Assembly (NCBI GenBank): GCA_025594325.1
Contig: JANHCV010000008.1
Coordinates: 1,737,507-1,801,506, forward strand
Length of the DNA: 64,000 bases
Direction of reading: 5' to 3'
From: Blastocladiella emersonii ATCC 22665
Lineage: Eukaryota; Fungi; Blastocladiomycota
The position numbers and the translations under genes were made by a program. The notes below the pieces were generated by a model, which was not told where the DNA came from, searched no databases, and saw only the letters and a list, made by a program, of their open reading frames with translations. Shown piece by piece: positions 1-9,652 of the stretch; position 1 is the stretch's first letter, and the number at the start of each line of letters is the position of its first letter.

Positions 1-1569
1 GCGTCGCCGGCGGCCGTCAAGGCGCTCGCCGCGCGCAAGTCCAAGCTCGCGCCGACCGACGCCGTGCAGGCGCTCGCCACGCACCTGCGCGACGCGCGCG
101 GGTGGCCCGGGATGCCCGACCGCGAGGCCGCGCTCGCGCAAACCACCGACGCCAAGGACACGGACGTCGTGTGGGTCCGCGGCGCGTCGTTTGCCGCAGA
201 CAAGATCTGGACCAAGCCCCGGCTGTACGTGGACGACGAGTCGGGCGCGCTCAACTGGGTCGTCGACGTGCGGGCGCGCACCGCGTCCAACTGGGTCGAC
301 GCGCAGGTCTCCAACAAGGGCGACGGCGCGGTACTCGGTCTCGTCGACTGGACGTCGGCCGCGCTGTACCGGGCGTTCCCGTCCGTCGGTTTCGCCAACG
401 ACGCGCTTGAGGGGAAGATGGCGCTGGTGCAGGACCCCGAGGACACGGCGCTCGCGTCGCCCAAGGGCTGGACCGAGTCGGGCGAGACGTCGGGCAACAA
501 CATCCTGGCGCGCGAGAGCCCGAACGGCGCGACGCGGCCCGACCGACCAACGGCCCGTGCCACGCGCGACCCGCAGCTGGGCAAGCTGTCGTTCGACTTT
601 GCCGTCGATCCCGAGGACGGCAACCCCAAGGGCGCGGTGGCCGTCGACGCGAGCATCACCAACGCCTTCTACGCGACGAACCTGATGCACGACATCCTGT
701 ACCACTTCGGGTTCAACGAGGCGGCGGGCAACTTCCAAAAGGACAATTTCGGGCGCGGCGGCAAGGGCGATGACGCGGTGCAGGTCAACGTGCAGGACAA
801 CTCGTCCAAGAACAACGCCAACTTCCTCACGCCGCCTGACGGCCAGACGCCCGTGCTCAAGGCGTTCCTGTTCGACGGCGGCAACCGGACGACGGACGGC
901 GCGCTCGACGACTCGATCCTGTTCCACGAGTACTCGCACGGGATGGTGGGCCGGCTGACGGGCGGCGGGAGCAACCCGAACTGCCTGTCCAAGACCGAGG
1001 CGGGCGGGATGAACGAGGGGTGGGCCGACATCATCGCCATCATGCTCAAGATCAAGGAGGGCGACACGCGGGCCAAGAACATGGCCATCGCGTCCTTCTC
1101 GACGGCCAAGGCGGCGGGGATCCGGCGCAACCCGTACTCGACGAGCACGACGACTAACCCGCTCACGTACACGGACCTGCCGAACCAGCGCGTGGTGCAC
1201 CAGGTGGGCGAGATCTGGGCCAGCATGCTGTACGAGGCCGTGTGGAACATGATCGACAAGCACGGGTTCCAGGCCGACTGGCGCAAGACCAAGGCCAACG
1301 ACCCGAACGCCAAGCTCGGCGGCAACGTGATCATGATGCAGCTGATTGTCGACGGGCTCAAGCTGCAGCCGTGCAACCCGACGTTCCGCCAGGCCCGCGA
1401 CGCGATTATCCTGGCCGACAAGCAGAACAACAATGGCGACAACGAGTGCGAGCTGCGCCGCGCGTTCGGCAAGCGCGGGCTCGGCCCTAACGCGGGCAAG
1501 GCGGGTGAGGCCGACTTCTCGGTCCCCGACAAGTGCAACGCGCCGGGCGTGCGCCGGGTCACCTTCTGA
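1..1569 (+). CDS. MEP: Fungalysin / M36 extracellular metalloprotease, 5'-truncated by window edge
   Basis: The frame is open from base 1. It has the HEXXH zinc motif (HEYSHG), GGMNEGWAD with the third Zn ligand, EAAGNFQ, VHQVGEIWASMLYE and LQPCNPTFRQARDAII, all typical of M36. Confidence 0.95.
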   Translation, partial: ASPAAVKALAARKSKLAPTDAVQALATHLRDARGWPGMPDREAALAQTTDAKDTDVVWVRGASFAADKIWTKPRLYVDDESGALNWVVDVRARTASNWVDAQVSNKGDGAVLGLVDWTSAALYRAFPSVGFANDALEGKMALVQDPEDTALASPKGWTESGETSGNNILARESPNGATRPDRPTARATRDPQLGKLSFDFAVDPEDGNPKGAVAVDASITNAFYATNLMHDILYHFGFNEAAGNFQKDNFGRGGKGDDAVQVNVQDNSSKNNANFLTPPDGQTPVLKAFLFDGGNRTTDGALDDSILFHEYSHGMVGRLTGGGSNPNCLSKTEAGGMNEGWADIIAIMLKIKEGDTRAKNMAIASFSTAKAAGIRRNPYSTSTTTNPLTYTDLPNQRVVHQVGEIWASMLYEAVWNMIDKHGFQADWRKTKANDPNAKLGGNVIMMQLIVDGLKLQPCNPTFRQARDAIILADKQNNNGDNECELRRAFGKRGLGPNAGKAGEADFSVPDKCNAPGVRRVTF

Positions 1570-1739
1570 TCTGAATACAATCAATCGTCTCATTCAATGG
1601 CCAGTCACACACACGAGAGACGCGGGATGGGTGGGGGTATGTGCACGGCATGTATACAAGAGTACAGAATGGGACAGGACACGAAGGAGGGGGAGATATT
1701 CACAAAGGCGGCGGCGGGGAACCGGACCGGAGGGTGAGC

Positions 1740-2375
1740 TTAGAAGCCCGAGTTGCCGAAGGACGAGAAGTCGACCGAGTTGGCGTCGCCGTGCGGAGGG
1801 ACAACGCCGCCCGAGAAGTCGGTGCCGGAAAAGTCGGTGTTGCCGCCAAAGGTCGGGTCGAAGGTGGCCGAGGATGGGTCGAACGAGGCGGCCGAGGGAT
1901 CAAAGGTCGCGGCCGAGGGGTCGAAGGTGGCGCCGGACGGGTCAAAGGTCGAGGCAGACGGGTCGAACGAGTTGGCGGCGCCGAACGCGTCGTCGACCGA
2001 GTGGTGCACGCCGACGTTGCCCGAGCTGATGGCGGTGCCATGGAACCAGCCGTCGGCGTCGGGCTGCGGGAGGACGGGCTCGTTGCTCGGGAGCGGCTGC
2101 GGCGCGTGCGCGGCGGGCCCGCCAGCGGGCGCACCGCCGGTGGCCGGCGTGTTGCCCCAGGTCACTGGCCCGTGGAACCAGCCGTCCGCGTCAGGCTGCG
2201 GGAGGGCGGTGGCGGGGTCGGACGAGGTGGTCGGGGCGGGGGCGGGCACGGCCTTGGAGGCGTCGACGCCCGAGGAGCTGCCGCCCGTGGCCGGCGTGTT
2301 CCCCCACGTCACGGGCCCGTGGAACCAGCCGTCGGCGTCGGGGACGGGCAGGGCGGATCCAGACGAAGAAGACAT
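1740..2375 (-). CDS. Hypothetical low-complexity repeat protein (about 211 aa)
   Basis: ATG at 2375 in an ACCACCATG context and strong GC3 codon bias. Three copies of LP(V/Q)PDADGWFHG followed by six (S/T)FDP heptad repeats. Confidence 0.7.
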   Translation of the reverse strand: MSSSSGSALPVPDADGWFHGPVTWGNTPATGGSSSGVDASKAVPAPAPTTSSDPATALPQPDADGWFHGPVTWGNTPATGGAPAGGPAAHAPQPLPSNEPVLPQPDADGWFHGTAISSGNVGVHHSVDDAFGAANSFDPSASTFDPSGATFDPSAATFDPSAASFDPSSATFDPTFGGNTDFSGTDFSGGVVPPHGDANSVDFSSFGNSGF

Positions 2376-4209
2376 GGTGGTGTTGGTGGTATTGCAGCAA
2401 GTTGTTGTCGGTGCAGAGGCGCGATTACATGAGCTGGTTGTGCGTTGGCGGGAGCGGCAGCGGCGCGCGGGGGCTCGCCGCCGTTTTGAAGGGCGCGCCG
2501 CGAGCACAGCGCGGGCTGTGAGAACGAACTCAATCGTCGCCGAGAGGGCGCGCGTGTGAGCGCGAGTGGTTCGCCCAAGTCAGCGAACGTCGCCTTCCAA
2601 AGTCAGCGGACGACGCCGCTGCGCTGCCGCTGCGGATCCACTCAGCCTCGCCGGTGTTGGCGGCGGTGTCGCTGGCCGTTTGCATCCCTTCTCGCCAACT
2701 CTCCAGCGTGATCGAGCTCCGTTTTCGCCACGGTGTAGGCTGGAAGCGTCATGACACGGGTTGGGACGCGCGGTGGTCACCATGCGCGAGCAGGAAGGCG
2801 GGTCGCGGGACTGGACGACATCCTCAGCGACGAGATTCGTGACGGTCCTTGACGCGTCGACGGACGTGACTACAGCGCGCTACCACGGTGTCGTGTGTGG
2901 CAATCCCGTCCTGTTTGGAGGGCTGGCGTAACAGGACGCGGGCATGGACGCTCGTGATCAACGCGATGATGCGGTGCCTCGACTCGACGGAAGGAAGCGC
3001 AACCGCTGCTCTTCTCGTCCGCATCCTTGGAGCCTGCCTTGGAGCTCTGCCGTGCGATGTCTGTACAGGAGACGTGAGATTTCTGAAGGGCGGCAGCCAA
3101 ATCCGTGTCGGGGATCACGTCCCTAAACGTACGCCCGGCCGCCGCGGTGAGTCCGACGGCCGCCAACGACTAGACATATTCCTGATCTGGCTTCCATACT
3201 GCATAGCCGTCGACAGAGCGTCCCGCCTGGCCCTCGTGCTCGGGCAGGGCCTGAAGACTGTGCGAGGAAGTGCCGCGTCAACGGCAACGGTGGTCCTTGG
3301 CGAACGTGGACTTGTCGAGATCTCTCAGGCGGAGGCCAAGTCTTTGCGGCGGCCTTATGCGCACAGCATGGACGACACGTCCAACAACATACCGGTCTGC
3401 TGAATTCATGAGGGCGCTCACGCGTCGTGGCCAAGGTGCTCGGACAACCGAGGTGCGCGGCACACTTGTCACACGCACAGCAGGCACAATCGAGGTAACG
3501 GTGGACGACTGTTGATGGGGTGATGATGTGATGATCAAGTTGAGTTTGAGGACCAAAGTAGCAACGTAGTTTCCCGTGACGATGGAAACGGGCGAGGAGA
3601 GCTCAGAAACCGTGGTAAACGTGGTCCACATTCAAGCCGAGGGCTCGAGTCAGATAGAGCTAATACATATGGATTTACAGTTTCATCATCGCTGGACGTC
3701 GATGGCGACGACACGACGAGGTCGCCGTGGCCGTGGCCGCCAAGGCAGTCGATCGAGACGGTCAGAAAGCAGCAAGTGCGTGCGTGTATCTTCCCGGCAC
3801 AACCGCGGGTCCCGGTGCGCCAGCCCACGAGTGAGCCGACGCGGCGACGGGCGGTTGTTGTAGGGAAGCGGCCGGGTCGCCGTTGTTTGTCCTAGGGCGG
3901 GTCCCGGCGCTCGGTCCGTCTGCACGGCTTCGAAACCCAGCACTGGGCGCTCGCGGCGGCGCGGCCAGCTGGGGGGTAAGTCGTGCAACAGGATCAGCGA
4001 TCGGGGAGGGCGAGGTCGGCGGCCAAGTTTTGGTCGGCCGTCGCGGGACGCGAGACGCGGTTGCGGGTGGCGCACGCCGCGCGGCGTGATGCGTTGCCAC
4101 GGAGCCATCACCTCCCCCTGTTCTGTTCTGTTCGGGCTGGCGAATCACACAGAGACTCTCCCCATGTATGCGATGCAAATGGAGACACAAAGATGACTCG
4201 TCAACAAAA

Positions 4210-5888
4210 CTAGTCGACGCGCTTGAGGTCGCCGAACAGCACGCCGCACGACTTGCACTTGCCGCCCGTGGCCTGCCGCATCGCGCACCGCTTGCACAGC
4301 GTCGGGCACCGGCACACGGACCCGCCGTACTCGATGGGTGCCTTGTGGCACACGAGGCAGAGCGGATCGGCGGTTGTGTGGTCGTGCTCGCTCGGGGTGG
4401 CGGCGGCAGCGACGCGCTCCTTGGGCTGCTGCTCGTGGTGGTGGTGATCCATGGCGGGAAGCGTGATGTGGTGCTGCTGCTGCTCTTGCTCTTGTTGTTG
4501 CGGGTGGTGATCTGCTCGCGAGAGAGGGGAAAGGCAGTGGGGCGTGAGTGAGTGAGTTGAGTGACCAGCGCGTCGTAAACCTTGTGCGCGACGTACCGGA
4601 ACCGTTCTCGGCACGAGCCAGAGACTGCTCCCACCGCGCGCGGACGAGGCCCAGCAACGTGTCCTGGTACCCGCCGCCCACGCCCTGGAAGCTGGGAAAG
4701 TAGTTGACGTCGACGAGGTACAGCCGCCGCTCGGCCGCGTGGTACACGGCGTCGAAGCCGAACAGGGTCAGGTTCTGTTGGTTACGAGTGAGGGGGTGAA
4801 CGATCCAGGTCTGAGAGAGAGCGGAACGCGTACCATGGTGCTGGCGATCCGCTTGGTGAGCGCCGCGAGCTGGGCGCGGATCCCGTCCGAGTCGAGCCGC
4901 CGCGCCGTCTCTGCGCGGTCCTCGGCGGTCGCCGACAGGAACGCAGCCTGTACGGAGCCCATGGTTGATCCGTTGGTGGACTCGGGGAACGCCTTGGGGA
5001 TGCGCTGCGAGTCGAACACGAGCGGCTCGCCTGGTGGACGCACGAGCTATGAGTGAGCGGACTGTGGTTCACGAGACTGAAATGACGTACCGATGTCCTC
5101 CCAGCGGTCCTTGAGCGAAGGGCGGAGCAGCACATGGGGACGGTCGGGACCCAGGGCGTACACCTTGTACAGCACGCCGCCGTGCGGAACCAGCTGCTGG
5201 ATCGTGACCTGCTCGTCGGAGTCAAAGGGTCCGCCCGCCACGAGCGCCGCCCACTGGGCAGGTCCGGCAACGACCGCCATGACGTGCGACGCGTGGCTCG
5301 AGCACGCCTCGTCGCGCTTGACGATGAGCGGGAACGGGCCCGTACCCGTACCACTGGGTGACGACGCGGACAGCTCGGCCGTAGCTGCCGCGAGCGTCGT
5401 CGCAGCGAGCGTGCGGGGTAGCGCCAAGACACCCTCGCTGTCCCCGGCCACGACGGCGGCGAGGGCCTCGGCCATGCGCTCGCGGCTCTGCAGCGGGACC
5501 AGCGACTCGACCGGGTCCATGAACGGCACGCGCGGGTGCGCCGCGCGGTACGCCACGACGCGGTCCCAGTGCGCCGTCGCATCGGGGTCGCCCGCCGTGA
5601 AGCCGAGAAACGTCTCGCTGAGCTTGTGCAGGATCACGTCAAAGGCGCCCTGCTCGGCAATGGGCCGCTCGAGCGAGATGAACGTGACGCGCATGTTGTG
5701 CTTGGCGCTGGTGGCGTCGTCGCTGTTAGTTGGTGCTGGCTCCGAGAAAGCGGACGGGCAGCGTACGCGGCGTGCTCGGCGAGGCCGTCGAAGCCCGACT
5801 GCGCGCGCTTCTTGAGCGGGAAGATGACGCCGAGGTGCAGCGGCGGCATCGCCTGGTTCATGTCCACGTTTTCCATTGAAGGTTGCAT
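4210..5888 (-). CDS. ITPK1: Inositol 1,3,4-trisphosphate 5/6-kinase with predicted C-terminal RING-like Zn finger (left-arm copy, 5 exons)
   Basis: Mirror of 31115-32793. Predicted introns 5708-5766, 5031-5090, 4775-4833 and 4512-4596. ATP-grasp ITPK motifs EQGAFDVILHKL, FPLIVK, IQQLVPHGGVLYKVY, LFGFD and LVDVNYFPSF. Confidence 0.85.
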
Positions 5889-6152
5889 CGAGTTGTGAGA
5901 GTTGTGAGGGGGGATCTTCGAGGGGAGGGAGCGGCGATGGGAGCTGGAGGGCGGCCACGGTCGGCGCGTCGCTCACCTCTTCTCGCCCGTTCACCGCAAC
6001 CTCACCCTGAAAGCGATGCATGTCTGGACGGGTATGGTTGTATATTCATCAGTCGACGTGGCCGAGACGCAGAGGCTACTACTGCGGCGGTCGCGCGCGG
6101 CCCATGGGGCAGAAGTTGGCAAAGTGGCCCTTGCGGCCGCAGCGGAAGCAGA

Positions 6153-6920
6153 CTATACGTGTGGGAGCGAGGGTGTCAGTCCAGGGATGAAGGAAGAGCG
6201 CAACGAGAGAGGGGGTGCACCAATGTGGTCGAGGCGGCCGTTGCTATTGTCGTCGCCCGCACCAGGACCGCCGCCGCCAAAGGGCCCGGAACCACTGCCG
6301 TGGTGGAACTCGTCGTCGTCGACCGTCGGGACCTCAAACTTGGGGTGGCCGTTGGCGCACGCCTTGCCGTACGGGCAGAAGCCGGCCAGGTACAGCAGGC
6401 ACGGCGTCTTCTTGATGTGCTTGTTCTTGCAGCTCGGGCCGTGGCGGCAGAAGCCGCGCGCGAACCACGGGCACTCGCGCACCTTGGAGCTCGGGTCGAC
6501 GTGGCGGTACTCGCACTCGGGGTTCGAGCACTCGCCGTACTTTGCAAAGAACCAGCACTCGGGCATCTTGCGCAGGTTGTACTCGTGCAGGAACTCGCAC
6601 GCGTCGCTCTTCTTGCACAGGCCGCGCAGCCAGTGCTTGCACACCACCTTGCGCGACGGCGGCGGGTGCCGGAACGGGCAGCGCACGCCGAGCGCGCACG
6701 TCTGCCCGCGCACGTACGACCGGCACGGCGGCGGCCGCGTCGGCACGAGCGCGATCCCGAGGTCCGACGCGACAAACTCTTCAAAGTCGAACACAAAGTC
6801 GTCGGCCGATGCGGACGCGACGGCTGTTGTTGGGGTGGGGCCGTTCGCCGTCGCCGCGAGGGCCGGCTGCGGCACGCCGGGCGCAGCAAAGGACGGGAGG
6901 CGCGGCAGCGTCGATGTCAT
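6153..6920 (-). CDS. YTH1: mRNA 3'-end processing factor Yth1/CPSF30 (left-arm copy)
   Basis: Five tandem CCCH fingers, including VCKHWLRGLCKK..CEFLHEYNLRKMPECWFFAKYGECSN. Confidence 0.95.
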   Translation of the reverse strand: MTSTLPRLPSFAAPGVPQPALAATANGPTPTTAVASASADDFVFDFEEFVASDLGIALVPTRPPPCRSYVRGQTCALGVRCPFRHPPPSRKVVCKHWLRGLCKKSDACEFLHEYNLRKMPECWFFAKYGECSNPECEYRHVDPSSKVRECPWFARGFCRHGPSCKNKHIKKTPCLLYLAGFCPYGKACANGHPKFEVPTVDDDEFHHGSGSGPFGGGGPGAGDDNSNGRLDHIGAPPLSLRSSFIPGLTPSLPHV

Positions 6921-7608
6921 GGTTGTCGTGTCGGCGCCGCGTCGTCGTTGCAGCGAGTATACATGGGCGGGTGGTGTTGTTGGAAGGGGGAGAGGATGAG
7001 GGAAGCGACGACGTCGCTGTGGACGACGACGCAGGGCGGCCCGCTCTCACGCTCTCCCGTGCGACCGCCGCTCTCTCTCGCTTTTCGGCCGTGACATGCA
7101 ATCGACCTCATGAACACGAATGAACGGACGGGCGGCGTCGCGATGGTGGACTCGCGGCCGTGACGGCGGCGGTCTCACCGTCGACGCCGCACCGCCACCC
7201 GCGCGCGGCCCTCGTCTCAAGAACCGTGCCGCGCCGTATCGCAGACGGTGGATGGTGGTGGGCCTGGCGTTCGGGGATCCATCGCTGACTCGGCCGGTCT
7301 CACCGTGCGCCGCAGCGACCGCGACGTCGCGTCCACTCGCCCGCCTCGGCCGGCCCGGCGACGCCCAGCCCGTGCCGATTCGACCGCGCTCCGGACCGCA
7401 GCTGCTGTACCGCAGGCCGCCGTCGGGATCCAGGGCGCGCGGGTTTCGGGTGCCGCCGTCGCCCTCGGTGAACGACGCGGCGACGACTATTTCCGGACCC
7501 GCCTCGCCTCCACTGCCCACCGCTCGCGTCGGAGATGTATAAGGGCCCGGCGTCCCCGCCGCTGCCTGCACGCGCGCTCGCTACTCGATCAACCGCTCCC
7601 AGACCACC

Positions 7609-8367
7609 ATGTCCGTCGCCAACTTTGCCAGCACCGCCGCCGTCCAGTCGCAGACGCAGATGGCCGCGGGCGCGCCGGCCGACGTCGCGCAGCTCCTGTC
7701 GCAGCTCCAGTCGCAGCTGGCTCAGTCCCAGCAGCAGGCGCAGCAGCAGCAGGCACACGGTGCCGTCGCCGCACCTGGTCCCGCCACCACCACTGCCTTC
7801 TCGGCCCCCGCCGCGAGCTCTTCCTCGTCCATGTCGACCGCGTCCACGACGCTATCCAACGGCGAGACCCACACCACGACCCTCGTCAACGGCGTGCCCG
7901 TCGGTCACCACCAGCAGCAGGGCCAGTTTGACGGCCACGGGGCCACCGCCTTCGGCAGCGACTACGCGGGATGGCCCTCGACGGGCTCCTCGCACCATGA
8001 CACGTCGTCCTCGTTCCCGGCCCACGACTCGGCCAGCGGATACGGCACTTGGAACGCCAACTCGCACGACGCATGCTGGCCCACCGCAACGGGCAACACG
8101 GACGCGTTCCACACTTCCTCGACGGGCAACCACGGCGACGTGTTCACGCTCGGCTCCGGGTTCGGCGGCGACGCCTTTGTCGCGTCCGCCGGTCCCGCTC
8201 AGGCGACCTCGACCGACCACTCGGCCGCGTTCGGCGGCGGCGGCGGCGGCAACTGGCAGTCGACCTCGAGCCAGACGACGACGGGCGCCGACGGCCAGTC
8301 CGTGACCGTGACCACGGTCGACGGGTCGCACCTGCCGCACGAGATGACCTCGGTCAGCTTTGCCTGA
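7609..8367 (+). CDS. Hypothetical Q/S/T/G-rich disordered protein (252 aa, left-arm copy)
   Basis: ACCACCATG start, TATAAG about 70 bp upstream and good codon bias. No recognisable domain. Confidence 0.65.
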   Translation: MSVANFASTAAVQSQTQMAAGAPADVAQLLSQLQSQLAQSQQQAQQQQAHGAVAAPGPATTTAFSAPAASSSSSMSTASTTLSNGETHTTTLVNGVPVGHHQQQGQFDGHGATAFGSDYAGWPSTGSSHHDTSSSFPAHDSASGYGTWNANSHDACWPTATGNTDAFHTSSTGNHGDVFTLGSGFGGDAFVASAGPAQATSTDHSAAFGGGGGGNWQSTSSQTTTGADGQSVTVTTVDGSHLPHEMTSVSFA

Positions 8368-9200
8368 GGTTCCGATCGTGCTGGGCGGCGCTGGTTAGCT
8401 TATATACACTCTTCCCGTGACGACTCGGTTTGGTCCCCTTCGATGCAAGCATTGTGGGGGGCAGGAATGGATTACACGGGCCGGCTGAGGGTGGCGCTGG
8501 TACTCCGCTTCCGGCGAAGCCAAGGTTACCACTTGATCTCGACGGGGACGCTGGTGTTCGTGAGGAAAAGGGCCGTTGAAGGTTTCAAGTCCACGCGGGT
8601 GGCGCGACGCGTCTTCGCTGCTCATGTCCTCTGTACTCGACAAGTGTCGCTGCTGCGGGCATTGATGTGAAGGTCAGAAGGGAGCGCCACAATGGCTCCA
8701 GTACAATTCCATGGAACAAGTCAAGAACAGGGAAACCAAAACACGGGCGAGCGGAGAGGGGAGAGTTGGGAATCGAAGGGGAACGAGTACGAGCAAAGGG
8801 GAGTCGAGGGGGAGCAAGAGAAAAGGAGGCGGGTGAGGAGACATGGGAAGGGGAACATCAAGTGGAGGAAGGTAGGGAGGGGAGGAGAGCACGGTCCTCG
8901 GTCAGCGCGCCCAGCACCGGCACGGTGTTGATGATGGTGATGATGTCGTTCTTGCACTCGAGCTGTTGCGGTGGTGGTGGTGGTGGTGGTGAGGTTGAAC
9001 TTGCGGAAGCGTGGTTGCAGTTGCAGTCGAGCTCGAAGTGGTGCCGGTGCCGGTGGTGGTGGTGCGGGTGTGGATGGGATGCGGGTACGAGGCGGGCGCG
9101 CTGACCGAGCAGGTTGAGTGTCGAGGGTGTTGAGGGTGTTGAGCTCGAAGTTGTTGATGCTTGGGGTTGTCGATGCTTGAGTGTTGATGAACCGACCGGC

Positions 9201-9652
9201 CTACACGCGCGCGGATCAGGTCAGTCAACGGGGCAACGATACATGAGCGAAAGAACAGAGGGAGAACATACACAGCGTGTGCGGATCAGGGTCGACGCCG
9301 TCGCGGCCACGCGCACCCATCGGGGCACGCACGGACATCGCGCGGCTGGCCAACCTCGCCTGAACGAGTGGCCAAGAACCGGCCTCCGGCCTACACGGTG
9401 CGAGCACGAACGAGTCAGTCATCCGGATCACGCGAGGGAGGCCGAGAAGCAGGAGAAGACGTACGCTTACTGCGCGGGGCGTGCTCTGCCGCTACCGCGC
9501 ACCTCAACAGGGCGCGGGTCTCTGCGGCCAACCACCTCGCGCCTTGCGCGAGGGGCCAGGGGCTTGGGCCGGGCCTACACGGAACAGACACACGCGCGCG
9601 GGTTAGTCACGGAGATCGATCGTCGATACGCGCGAGAGTGCCGAGGACGTAC
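9201..9652 (-). other. Three tandem degenerate exon-intron modules of about 190 bp (left-arm copy)
   Basis: Mirror of 27351-27802. Confidence 0.45.
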
